Virus record (IMG/VR): IMGVR_UViG_3300027672_000073
Location: 1-26,581 of that record
DNA length: 26,581 nucleotides
From: a virus
Taxonomy: Duplodnaviria; Caudoviricetes
Direction: 5' to 3' (one strand)
Shown: piece after piece, positions 1-7,216 of the stretch
How positions within the stretch are numbered: the first letter of the stretch is position 1
Layout of the letters: every line of letters begins with the position of its first letter
Program-made: the position numbers and the translations under genes
The notes under the pieces: generated by a model
Databases searched by the model: none
Told to the model about the DNA's origin: nothing
What the model saw: only the letters and a program-made list of their open reading frames with translations

Positions 1-130
1 AATAGTTATTCTGCATATTAGACCTTGTGTTTCTTTGTTTCTTTACGTCTACTAAATAGTCATTCCCTAATTCCTTTAAATAGTTTATCAGAGTTTGCTT
101 ATCTTTATCACACTTTATTATGAACTTCAT
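1..130 (-). CDS. NinB/YbcN-like protein, N-terminal part (truncated by window edge)
   Basis: Not in the ORF track. ATG at 130-128 overlaps the upstream stop (TAATG). Reads MKFIIKCDKDKQTLINYLKELGNDYLVDVKKQRNTRSNMQNNY...; the RSxxQN motif is typical of NinB-like proteins. Confidence 0.55.
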   Translation of the reverse strand, partial: MKFIIKCDKDKQTLINYLKELGNDYLVDVKKQRNTRSNMQNNY

Positions 131-366
131 TAGTCAGTAGATTTACTTCTTATCTTTTCAGTTGCTCCTTCCCATAGTTTATCTCGCTTCATACTTAGGC
201 TAGGTTCTGTTCTTTGTAAAGTTGGTATTCCTTCTGTTGGTTCGCTATCCATATACAATCCGCATAAGCACTCGGACTCTTTGGCTACCCACTTTCCATC
301 TCTGTATACTATTGTTGCCTTAGATAGTTCTTTAGTCTTTCCACATTCACAAGTGTATAGTGTCAT
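130..366 (-). CDS. Small zinc-ribbon protein
   Basis: 78 aa with YTCECG and ECLCG cysteine pairs; start and stop overlap both neighbours. Confidence 0.6.
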   Translation of the reverse strand: MTLYTCECGKTKELSKATIVYRDGKWVAKESECLCGLYMDSEPTEGIPTLQRTEPSLSMKRDKLWEGATEKIRSKSTD

Positions 367-1112
367 AATATCTTTAATTGTTTTTCTTCCTTGTTAATTC
401 TTTCTGTTGCTATATTAAAATAGTTAGCGTCTTGCTCTATTCCTATGAAGTTCCTATTTAAGTTCTTTGCTGCTACTCCTGTACTACCAGAACCCATTGT
501 AAAATCTAAAACAATTTCGTTTTCATTGGTGTATGTTTTAATAAGGTATTCCATTAATGGTACGGGTTTTTGTGTTGGGTGTTTACCTCTTTCAACTTTA
601 AATTTCTGATGTGATGATGGATTCCTTAATTCTCCGTAAATTGTTTTACTTTTAAAGCTTTTACCATAAACAGAACCATCTTTTACACTACCACCAATTA
701 TTCCTGATGATTTTACTCTTGCTAATCCTGACTGTGCGCGTTTTTGCATTTGTGGGTTATAAGTTGGTGGTTTATTATAAAAAACAGAAACAATTTCGTG
801 TTCCATTAAAGGCATTTTTTTTGCGTTTAAAAAATTACCACCTTTGTTTTTTATCCATACCCAATCATACTTATAATTCTTAATATTACTCATTCGTAAA
901 GCAGAACTAAAAGGCTCTGAACCAAATAAAACAATAGCCCCGTTAGGTTTTATAATTCTGTTTAACTGTTCCCACATTAATTCAAAGTCTATTACACTAT
1001 CCCATTTACAAGCAGTCGTGCCATAAGGTGGGTCTGTTATTATTGCATCAATACTTCCGCTTTCTATAGTTTTCATAACTTCAAGGCAATCTCCAAGTCG
1101 TAAGTCTATCAT
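363..1112 (-). CDS. Orphan DNA methyltransferase (N6-adenine/N4-cytosine, beta-class motif order)
   Basis: Catalytic DPPY near the N-terminus, HPTQKP, and SAM-binding LDFTMGSGSTG near the C-terminus. No endonuclease partner nearby. Confidence 0.93.
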   Translation of the reverse strand: MIDLRLGDCLEVMKTIESGSIDAIITDPPYGTTACKWDSVIDFELMWEQLNRIIKPNGAIVLFGSEPFSSALRMSNIKNYKYDWVWIKNKGGNFLNAKKMPLMEHEIVSVFYNKPPTYNPQMQKRAQSGLARVKSSGIIGGSVKDGSVYGKSFKSKTIYGELRNPSSHQKFKVERGKHPTQKPVPLMEYLIKTYTNENEIVLDFTMGSGSTGVAAKNLNRNFIGIEQDANYFNIATERINKEEKQLKIL

Positions 1113-1318
1113 TTATTTAGTTTATCAAGTTCAAATTCTAAATGGTTAATTGCTTTCTGTATGCAATCAATCGGAGAGTCGTGTTTCCTATTTGCTCTCA
1201 TTAAATAACTGCAAGCAGTCCCTACATTATAAGATAAATCAAAATCTTCTATAACCTTTCTAGCTTCATACTTATATCGGCTTCCTATATAGTAACTTGG
1301 TATTCTATTATTTTTCAT
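1109..1318 (-). CDS. DUF3310/SaV-like small phage protein
   Basis: PSYY...EARKVIED...YNVGTACSYLMRA.RK...DCIQKAINHLEFE matches the DUF3310 pattern. Confidence 0.75.
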   Translation of the reverse strand: MKNNRIPSYYIGSRYKYEARKVIEDFDLSYNVGTACSYLMRANRKHDSPIDCIQKAINHLEFELDKLNK

Positions 1319-1481
1319 TTTCTTGTATTTCGTCTGTTAAGTCTTTTTCTGTTACACGTTCCATATTCCAAAGGAACTTTTCTTTAGTTCTGTTTTTTAT
1401 TCTAGCCTCAATTATACTCATAAGAATAACTATAAAAAAGAAAATTCCTGTAAAAATTCCTAGTACTGTAAATATTATCAT
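1308..1481 (-). CDS. Small membrane-anchored protein (57 aa)
   Basis: Manually translated: MIIFTVLGIFTGIFFFIVILMSIIEARIKNRTKEKFLWNMERVTEKDLTDEIQENEK. N-terminal hydrophobic helix; ATGA overlap with the upstream ORF; fills the gap. Confidence 0.7.
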   Translation of the reverse strand: MIIFTVLGIFTGIFFFIVILMSIIEARIKNRTKEKFLWNMERVTEKDLTDEIQENEK

Positions 1482-1657
1482 TTTGTTAAAAGTTTTAAAA
1501 GTTGTGAACTTGTATAGATTCTGTCATCACCATCATAGTTGTCATATATCATAGTGAAATTATCATCCTTCCAAGTCCATAAAGACTTGACATTTTTTTT
1601 GATATTGTCTTTCAATATCCACTTAATTGTTTTGTAAGTTCTTTCTAGTTCGGCCAT
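1478..1657 (-). CDS. Hypothetical protein (59 aa)
   Basis: Manually translated: MAELERTYKTIKWILKDNIKKNVKSLWTWKDDNFTMIYDNYDGDDRIYTSSQLLKLLTK. Fills the gap; stop overlaps the next ATG. Confidence 0.7.
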   Translation of the reverse strand: MAELERTYKTIKWILKDNIKKNVKSLWTWKDDNFTMIYDNYDGDDRIYTSSQLLKLLTK

Positions 1658-1694
1658 ATTACTATTATATTCATTATTACTATTTTAGTTAATT

Positions 1695-1726
1695 GTATTG
1701 GGGAGGTAACCACACCCCCCCTCTAC
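1695..1726 (-). other. GC-rich intergenic stem-loop without U-tract
   Basis: Minus-strand RNA GUA-GA-GGGGGGGU-(GUGGUU)-ACCUCCCC-AA-UAC in an AT-rich gap. Confidence 0.55.
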
Positions 1727-1777
1727 TACTCAGGTCTGAAAAATTAAACGCTTTTAGGTCTTACCCTTTATTTATTA

Positions 1778-2185
1778 TTAATTATTTCCTGAGTATTCTT
1801 TATATATTTTTTTTATTCCGTCAAAGCAGGTTGAAATACACGAACCGCAATTAGTCCTTACGCTATAAGAAGTATTGTAAAGAGCGTTGTATATCTCAAT
1901 CATTTTCTTTTTTGCAGTTTGGTCTTTTGCTCTTCCTGTTTTTAAGTCTTCCCAAAGTAATATAATCTCTGCTATTATTTCTTCAGGTATATCTTCCCTT
2001 ATTTCTATTTCTGTAGTCTTTTGCCAATACTTCTTAGGACATTCTTGTGTTGCTATCCTTGCTTTAACTTTCATAAAGCAGGTACAAATTTTGCAATTTC
2101 CTAATAGACTTGAATAGTACACACAACCTTTGCATATTTCTATCCTGTCTTCATATATTTCTTGAGGTACAAAAAATTTATTCAC
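1778..2185 (-). CDS. Cys-rich protein (DUF6171-like N-terminal zinc finger plus C-terminal CxxC domain)
   Basis: RIEICKGC...CKICTCFMKVKARIATQECPKKYW, then NCGSC near the C-terminus. Confidence 0.65.
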   Translation of the reverse strand: MNKFFVPQEIYEDRIEICKGCVYYSSLLGNCKICTCFMKVKARIATQECPKKYWQKTTEIEIREDIPEEIIAEIILLWEDLKTGRAKDQTAKKKMIEIYNALYNTSYSVRTNCGSCISTCFDGIKKIYKEYSGNN

Positions 2186-2744
2186 TTAGTTTTTGTTTTA
2201 ATTGTACTCTTACTTTGTCTATCGTTGTGAAAAGACTGTTTCTGCTTATCCCTGTTTTCTCTGCTAAGCTATCAAGAGTATTACCTTCATAGTAATAAAG
2301 TTCAAAGACTTTTTTATCATACCAAGTGAAGCCATCTAAGGCACTGTCTATCTTTTCAAGGCTAGTCCATTGATAACTATTTACTATCTCGTTAGGCAGG
2401 TTGTAAAGGTGTTTAGAAGGTATTGTTTCCCCTGATTCCATTTCATCATAAGTAACTGCACTTGTCAGACTGTCTATGTGTGTGTAATACTTCTTGTATT
2501 TATAATAGTAATTACTTCTAGGACTTGTCAAGGCTCGTCTTAAAGCTACTGCTCCATAACGTGTAACTCCATCTATTCCGTCCTTTGTGTAAATAGAAGA
2601 AAGAGTTTCTTTGTTCATCTGAAGTAGATAGAGCATAAGTTCCTGTACTGATTCATTGACTTCATTTTCATCTGAAGTTAATCCATAAGCCATAGTCCTG
2701 AACTTATCTGATAGCTTTGATATTTCTAAATAAATTTCAGTCAT
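2178..2744 (-). CDS. Phage-encoded sigma-70/ECF-like RNA polymerase sigma factor
   Basis: Region-2-like ESVQELMLYL; region-4 HTH LDGFTWYDKKVFELYYYEGNTLDSLAEKTGISRNSLFTTIDKVRVQLK; 188 aa is ECF-sized. Confidence 0.8.
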   Translation of the reverse strand: MTEIYLEISKLSDKFRTMAYGLTSDENEVNESVQELMLYLLQMNKETLSSIYTKDGIDGVTRYGAVALRRALTSPRSNYYYKYKKYYTHIDSLTSAVTYDEMESGETIPSKHLYNLPNEIVNSYQWTSLEKIDSALDGFTWYDKKVFELYYYEGNTLDSLAEKTGISRNSLFTTIDKVRVQLKQKLSE

Positions 2745-3093
2745 TAATTGGTTCTATCTTATCAATCTTATCTACTGTGTCCTGTGTTAATTCATCAAGC
2801 ACTACCCTGTATGCTCTGACTACTGCTGCATTGCTTTTTGTTTCAACTCCTGCAAAGAATCCGTTTGTTGCTACTGCTAAATTAATTGGTATTATCATTA
2901 ACCAATCCCAATAGTTTTCTTCCTTTGTTCCTGATCCGTAATTATTATGATATTCTATTATAATGTCTACGACTTCTAAATAATTGTTGTATCTACTTTT
3001 TGTACTTACTTCTTTTGCAAACTCTTGACACATTGTAATGTAAGTTTCTAAAATTACTCTGTGTGCATCATTTGCGTAAATCGGTTCTGTCAT
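2737..3093 (-). CDS. Hypothetical protein
   Basis: 118 aa ORF overlapping the sigma gene start; preceded by a TAnnTTTG element. Confidence 0.7.
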   Translation of the reverse strand: MTEPIYANDAHRVILETYITMCQEFAKEVSTKSRYNNYLEVVDIIIEYHNNYGSGTKEENYWDWLMIIPINLAVATNGFFAGVETKSNAAVVRAYRVVLDELTQDTVDKIDKIEPIND

Positions 3094-3097
3094 ACGC

Positions 3098-3105
3098 CAA
3101 AGATA
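3098..3105 (-). promoter_or_regulatory. Bacteroidota-type -7 promoter element (TATCTTTG)
   Basis: Fits the TAnnTTTG consensus and lies in an intergenic gap 4 nt before the ATG at 3093. No well-spaced -33 element seen. Confidence 0.6.
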
Positions 3106-3114
3106 ACAAAAATG

Positions 3115-3522
3115 TTAGGCAATTCCTTTTTCGTCTTTTAAGTTTTCAACAAGGTCTTTGTAATAACTTATCTGTTCTTCATATTCTACTCTTGATACTT
3201 TGTGAATAGTCCTAGCTAAGAACTCTAATTCTTCTGCTGTTCCTTCTCCATACTTAGAATCTATTGCTAATCCGAATTTGTACTGTTCTCCTTGTGAGTA
3301 CATATTGCACTTTATACACTGTGTAGAACAATTTTCTTCATTGAATCTTGTTGCCATATGTTTGCGACTTTGGAAGTGTCCGTTCTGCATACCATCTTTA
3401 AAGTAACGAACCACTGAACAGGTTATGCACTGAACATACCCATATTCATTTGAGTCTTTAAGTCTTATATAAAGACTGAACCATTTGTCTAGTTCTTTTT
3501 TTAGTTTACTAATTGTTTTCAT
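3115..3522 (-). CDS. ninG: NinG/Rap-like recombination endonuclease
   Basis: LDKWFSLYIRLKD...QCITC...NGHFQSR....TRFNEENCSTQCIKCN is the NinG signature. Confidence 0.88.
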   Translation of the reverse strand: MKTISKLKKELDKWFSLYIRLKDSNEYGYVQCITCSVVRYFKDGMQNGHFQSRKHMATRFNEENCSTQCIKCNMYSQGEQYKFGLAIDSKYGEGTAEELEFLARTIHKVSRVEYEEQISYYKDLVENLKDEKGIA

Positions 3523-3817
3523 ATCCGAGTCTTTTTCTCCAATCGTCCTGAAGCTTTCCTTTTCTTAAGTTATACTTCTGTCCTCTATATGCAGGTTCTT
3601 CTTCTTGTATCTTTGCCCTTGCTCTTTTAATACTTGGTGCTGATGTTAATTTATTCAAAGCATATAGTTTAAGGAATTCTACAGCAGGAGTTTTAATATC
3701 ACCATAGCCTAAGATAGTTAGTTCTTCAGCCCATATATTAGCACAAAGTCTATTGTCGTTATCTTTAAGGCTTGAGTCAAAATCTAGCCAATATTTAACC
3801 TTCTCTTTAGTTTTCAT
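3509..3817 (-). CDS. Hypothetical phage protein
   Basis: 102 aa; SIKRARAKIQEEEPAYRG motif; overlaps neighbours. Confidence 0.7.
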   Translation of the reverse strand: MKTKEKVKYWLDFDSSLKDNDNRLCANIWAEELTILGYGDIKTPAVEFLKLYALNKLTSAPSIKRARAKIQEEEPAYRGQKYNLRKGKLQDDWRKRLGYENN

Positions 3818-3938
3818 CTTTTACTTTTCTAGGTTGTCTTACAACAGGAACGTATCTAAATACTTCAGGTTGCTTAAATCCAAACATCATTCTAAAGCTT
3901 CCTGTTTTTACAGGGTCGTACAATTCTTCTTTTTTCAT
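3807..3938 (-). CDS. Small hypothetical protein (43 aa)
   Basis: Manually translated: MKKEELYDPVKTGSFRMMFGFKQPEVFRYVPVVRQPRKVKDEN. ATGA overlap upstream; exactly bridges the gap. Confidence 0.6.
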   Translation of the reverse strand: MKKEELYDPVKTGSFRMMFGFKQPEVFRYVPVVRQPRKVKDEN

Positions 3939-4303
3939 TTTAATAATTTTAAAGGTTCTTGATAATATCTTACTTTCTTAGGGTCGCTCCCTAAAGTCCT
4001 TACTTCATAAGTTGCATTATCTATTACTTTTTTATGAGCATATACAAACTTATAGAATGTTCTAATGTTTAGGAATGGTTCATCTTTACCAAACCTTACT
4101 CCTATATGAAAAGCTTCTTCAACTTGATTCCAAGTCATATTTCCAAATCGTTTCTCTTGTATTAAGTCTGAAGCAAATATTTTACTTAGACTTGCTAAGG
4201 TTTGAGGATCTGACCTGTGTCCTATTTCAACTGCTGTCTTAGCTAGTAAGTCTAAAACCTTTTCAGTTAGTATTTGTAGTTGTTCTTGTTTTAATGGTAT
4301 CAT
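3935..4303 (-). CDS. Replication accessory protein (possible helicase loader/inhibitor)
   Basis: Directly downstream of the initiator, in the lambda P position; function inferred from position only. Confidence 0.45.
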   Translation of the reverse strand: MIPLKQEQLQILTEKVLDLLAKTAVEIGHRSDPQTLASLSKIFASDLIQEKRFGNMTWNQVEEAFHIGVRFGKDEPFLNIRTFYKFVYAHKKVIDNATYEVRTLGSDPKKVRYYQEPLKLLK

Positions 4304-4974
4304 AATAATTTTTTAGCTTCTTGCCATACATTAATTTGAGCGTCTAATTTAGACATACTTTTTGGATTAGACTTTGGTTTATCCCATTTCTTTTGATTCG
4401 CTGCCCAAGTCTTTATTCTAAGCTTTGTACTCCAAGTTTTGTTTAATTCAAATTTCATTTTTGTATTAGACTTATTAGGTTCTGTCCAATAATCAATGAA
4501 TCCATTTAAAATACTTTCATCATAATCAAAAGTTAAAACTTCAAAAACAAAATCATTACGCCTATTAGATATAGTATTATTAGTTATTCTTATTTCTTTA
4601 TTATTATTAATAGTTTGCGTTTTTTTAACAACTTGTTTTACGCTTTCTTCACAACTAGTATTGAAATAACTTAACAACTTGTTTTCAATTATTTTAAAAT
4701 GTTGTTTTGCAGGAATCCCTACTACTTTAGTTTCAATTATTCCTAAGTCTTTTAAGTTCTTAATTGCTTTCCTTTGTTGATGTGAAGTTAGACTTGTATC
4801 ACTTTGTATGTTCTTAGCTGTGTTAAAAAACCATCCATCTGTCATTCCTTTAGAAATAAAATATTCTTCCTTAGAGATAAGGTCAGCAAGTAGGACTGCC
4901 GCTTTTAATCCTACCTGCTTCGCTAGTTCTTTATTAACTATTAAAAATGCTGTACTACTTAATAAGTGTTTCAT
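4300..4974 (-). CDS. Replication initiator / replisome organizer
   Basis: N-terminal winged-helix-like region (GWFFNTAKNIQSDTSLTSHQQRKAIKNLKDLGIIET), Asn/Lys-rich linker carrying DNA repeats, C-terminal FIDYWTEPN...KMKFE...TW domain. Confidence 0.8.
   Translation of the reverse strand: MKHLLSSTAFLIVNKELAKQVGLKAAVLLADLISKEEYFISKGMTDGWFFNTAKNIQSDTSLTSHQQRKAIKNLKDLGIIETKVVGIPAKQHFKIIENKLLSYFNTSCEESVKQVVKKTQTINNNKEIRITNNTISNRRNDFVFEVLTFDYDESILNGFIDYWTEPNKSNTKMKFELNKTWSTKLRIKTWAANQKKWDKPKSNPKSMSKLDAQINVWQEAKKLL
4625..4708. repeat. Four 15-bp iteron-like repeats at 23-bp period (putative origin of replication)
   Basis: TTAACAACTTGTTTT (4625), TTCACAACTAGTATT (4648), TTAACAACTTGTTTT (4671), TTAAAATGTTGTTTT (4694); adjacent AT-rich tract at about 4565-4612. 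Confidence 0.75.
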
Positions 4975-5483
4975 TATATAATTTTGTATTCGTAATGGTG
5001 TTCTTTGAATGCAAACTTAATAATTTCAATTACATTGTAAAAGTCTTTATGACTTAATTGTAAAATAACATAGAATTTACCTGACCTTAACGCTAGTTCT
5101 GTGCTGAACTTTTCACTTGAATTAATATTGTGTTTGTCAAGGAATTTCTGAAAAGCTACTTGAGTCTTAAACTGCTTCTTTTGTTTCTTTTGATTACAGT
5201 AAGCTATGTAGATATCAATGTAAGCTTTTCTATATTTTTCATAAGACTTATAGTTTGAAGCGTGAAATTTCTCATAATGATTAATACAAGTTCTATCTCT
5301 ACCAATTCCTTTTCCTATAATATCTCTGTGTATGTTTTCTTCTTGTCTAGCTATTACACTAATAACAGCTCTTGGTATTTGAAATTTCTGCTCCCTTGAC
5401 CTGCACGTTAGAGAGCCTTTAGGCAACCCTACCAACTCTGTAGTAAGGTTGCATAAATTCTTAAAGTTTTGTCTATCAGTCAT
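4974..5483 (-). CDS. DnaA C-terminal (domain IV) HTH-like protein
   Basis: Likely start MTDRQNF at 5483, just after the upstream stop. SREQKFQIPRAVISVIARQ...DIIGKGIGRDRTCINH parallels the DnaA domain IV pattern SR...RQIAMYL.R...IG..FGRDHxTVxH. No AAA+ domain. Confidence 0.65.
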   Translation of the reverse strand: MTDRQNFKNLCNLTTELVGLPKGSLTCRSREQKFQIPRAVISVIARQEENIHRDIIGKGIGRDRTCINHYEKFHASNYKSYEKYRKAYIDIYIAYCNQKKQKKQFKTQVAFQKFLDKHNINSSEKFSTELALRSGKFYVILQLSHKDFYNVIEIIKFAFKEHHYEYKII

Positions 5484-5484
5484 C

Positions 5485-5805
5485 TTAGAATGGTAAATCG
5501 TCAGATTGAACAGATACAGGTTCTTCAGTTCTAGTATTTTTAGAAAAGAACCATCCGTCAATGTTGTGAAAGTACCTGCCGTTGTACTCTCTTGAAGATA
5601 CATTACACTTAATTAAAACTGAATCCCCTACATTGAGTTTGTCTAAGTCTTTTATCTTGTCATCTCCAAATGCTGTAATTGCAATTTCAGGATTATAATC
5701 TGCTCCAGTGTTTACTACTACAGTCTGTTTCTTCCAAACCTTCTCTGACTTACTTATTCCTGATTCTACTTCTAACTTCTTTACTAATTTTCCAGATACT
5801 TCCAT
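5485..5805 (-). CDS. DUF3127-family single-stranded DNA-binding-like protein
   Basis: MEVSGKLVKKL..ESG.SK..K.WKKQ...SSREYNGRYFHNIDGW and an acidic DDLPF C-terminal tail. Confidence 0.85.
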   Translation of the reverse strand: MEVSGKLVKKLEVESGISKSEKVWKKQTVVVNTGADYNPEIAITAFGDDKIKDLDKLNVGDSVLIKCNVSSREYNGRYFHNIDGWFFSKNTRTEEPVSVQSDDLPF

Positions 5806-5845
5806 TTTGATTATGCCTGTTTTTGCAGGTCTTTTATTAATTATA

Positions 5846-6412
5846 TTATTTACTTGTGTTAATCATTACTGTTAAGGTCTTTTCCTGCTCCTTAGTCATA
5901 TCATACTTACTCATTGATTCTTTTACTTCTTTTGATTTTCCTTCTGCTATTCCTTTAAGTAAGTTCTCTAAAACCCTTACATTCATTTTAATCTTTTGAG
6001 GTCTTGCAGCAGGTTCATTAACAGCTTGAGTGTCAGCGTCTTTTGTATCGTCAAGGAGAAATAAATTTCCGAGAGCATATTTTTTTGCATACGAGCTGCT
6101 GCTACCAAAAGATTGGGCGATATCCATTCCTTTTCGTTCAGGGTTTATTCCTGCTTGAGCTTCAACAAAGATAGTCTTTTCACCATCTGAAATTGATACT
6201 TTAGAGTTTAAAACTAAGTAACCTGCAATTTCTGAAGTTGTTTCTGTTATTGTTAAGTAACAACCGTACTTCTTCAGTAATGGTTTAACGCTTTCGAGTA
6301 TGTCTTCTGCCGAACGATATTTATATTTTCCAAAGGAATTAAATTGATTCTTAGGTGCTTTTAATTCGCTTTGTATTGCTATTAAATAGTCCTTCTTTAT
6401 TTCTGTTTTCAT
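5846..6412 (-). CDS. erf: ERF-family single-strand annealing protein
   Basis: KAPKNQFNSFGKYKYRSAEDILE and AQSFGSSSSYAKKYALGNLFLLDDTKDAD are ERF motifs. Confidence 0.9.
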   Translation of the reverse strand: MKTEIKKDYLIAIQSELKAPKNQFNSFGKYKYRSAEDILESVKPLLKKYGCYLTITETTSEIAGYLVLNSKVSISDGEKTIFVEAQAGINPERKGMDIAQSFGSSSSYAKKYALGNLFLLDDTKDADTQAVNEPAARPQKIKMNVRVLENLLKGIAEGKSKEVKESMSKYDMTKEQEKTLTVMINTSK

Positions 6413-6789
6413 TATTTTAAATTTATTATTATTGGTGTATTATTATTTTCTTTATAGTATTGTAAATATTCAGGCTTTAATTCTCTATTCCAAGAGTCTT
6501 GTAGCTGCCAACCATAAGTCTTTAGCATTTCTTTAAACTTTCTGTGTATTTGTAGTTCAGTTCCTATCACAATTACTGACCTATTATTATAGATTAAATC
6601 GTTATTAAAATGACCTGACATTCTATCATAAGTATTAATACCTGTTGCTAAGTATTGAGGTTTTAAATACCATTCCTCAGCATTTACTTTTTTATTATCT
6701 AATTGATAGCCCATAAACTTTGAGTAACAAGGTTTATTATAGTCAATGTAACTAGAATGTTCTAAATATTCAGCGTCTTTTATAGTCAT
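6412..6789 (-). CDS. Hypothetical early protein
   Basis: 125 aa, Tyr/Asn-rich; TAATG coupling to erf. Confidence 0.65.
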   Translation of the reverse strand: MTIKDAEYLEHSSYIDYNKPCYSKFMGYQLDNKKVNAEEWYLKPQYLATGINTYDRMSGHFNNDLIYNNRSVIVIGTELQIHRKFKEMLKTYGWQLQDSWNRELKPEYLQYYKENNNTPIIINLK

Positions 6790-6791
6790 AA

Positions 6792-7034
6792 TTAAAAAGT
6801 TAAAGAGTCAATGAAAGAAAAAGTATAACACATTGCAAAAAGTAAAATGTAAAATACGACAAAAGAACTAAGAGTAAAAAGTATATTGTAAAAGAATTTA
6901 CTTCTGTTTTCATTTTTTGAGTATTCCCACTTGTAATTGCCTAATGAGTTCATTGTAAAGAATTGTACCTTTTCCTTTTCGTTCATTAAATAAACTACTT
7001 TGCTTTTTAGATTTGTAATTTTAAAGTTCTTCAT
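6792..7034 (-). CDS. First early gene; small protein with C-terminal transmembrane helix
   Basis: Likely start MKNFKITN at 7034, downstream of the promoter; hydrophobic FFYNILFTLSSFVVFYILLFAMCYTFSFI. Confidence 0.6.
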   Translation of the reverse strand: MKNFKITNLKSKVVYLMNEKEKVQFFTMNSLGNYKWEYSKNENRSKFFYNILFTLSSFVVFYILLFAMCYTFSFIDSLTF

Positions 7035-7059
7035 TTTAATTGTATTGATTAATGTTTGA

Positions 7060-7090
7060 CAAAAGTACACCTTTAAAGTTACTCACACAA
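7060..7090 (-). promoter_or_regulatory. Bacteroidota housekeeping-type early promoter
   Basis: Minus strand TTG (7090-7088), 20 nt spacer, TACTTTTG (7067-7060); fits the -33/-7 TTG...TAnnTTTG consensus. Confidence 0.7.
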
Positions 7091-7124
7091 TTATTAACAA
7101 GTTTATTTACAAAGTTATTAACAA
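7079..7124. repeat. Four DnaA-box-like direct repeats at 12-bp period
   Basis: TTACTCACA (7079), TTATTAACA (7091), TTATTTACA (7103), TTATTAACA (7115). Confidence 0.7.
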
Positions 7125-7133
7125 TATACACAA

Positions 7134-7168
7134 ACACTAGATAAGAGTTTCTAAGTCCTGTCTAGTGT
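7134..7168 (-). terminator. Inverted repeat, possible terminator of the late transcript
   Basis: ACACTAGA...TCTAGTGT arms with further imperfect pairing; followed on the minus strand by TTGTGTATATTGTT (weak U-tract). Confidence 0.45.
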
Positions 7169-7216
7169 ATTAGTATTAAAATGTATTTAAAGTGTCTGTA
7201 ATCGTAAAGGAGTATG

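Noticed and set aside
1-25. AATAGTTATT at the window start as a fifth late promoter
   Set aside because: It resembles the spacer of copy B, but has no TTTG at the required distance and lies in coding sequence.
2499-2528. TTTATAATAG inside the sigma gene as another promoter copy
   Set aside because: One mismatch in the 10-mer, no correctly spaced TTTG, and explained by a Tyr-rich codon run.
5484-5603. N-terminal extension of the 209-aa ORF
   Set aside because: It overlaps the DUF3127 gene in another frame; the ATG at 5483 directly after that gene's stop is more plausible.
7035-7070. N-terminal extension of the 92-aa ORF
   Set aside because: It starts upstream of the -7 promoter element; the ATG at 7034 has an A-rich leader.
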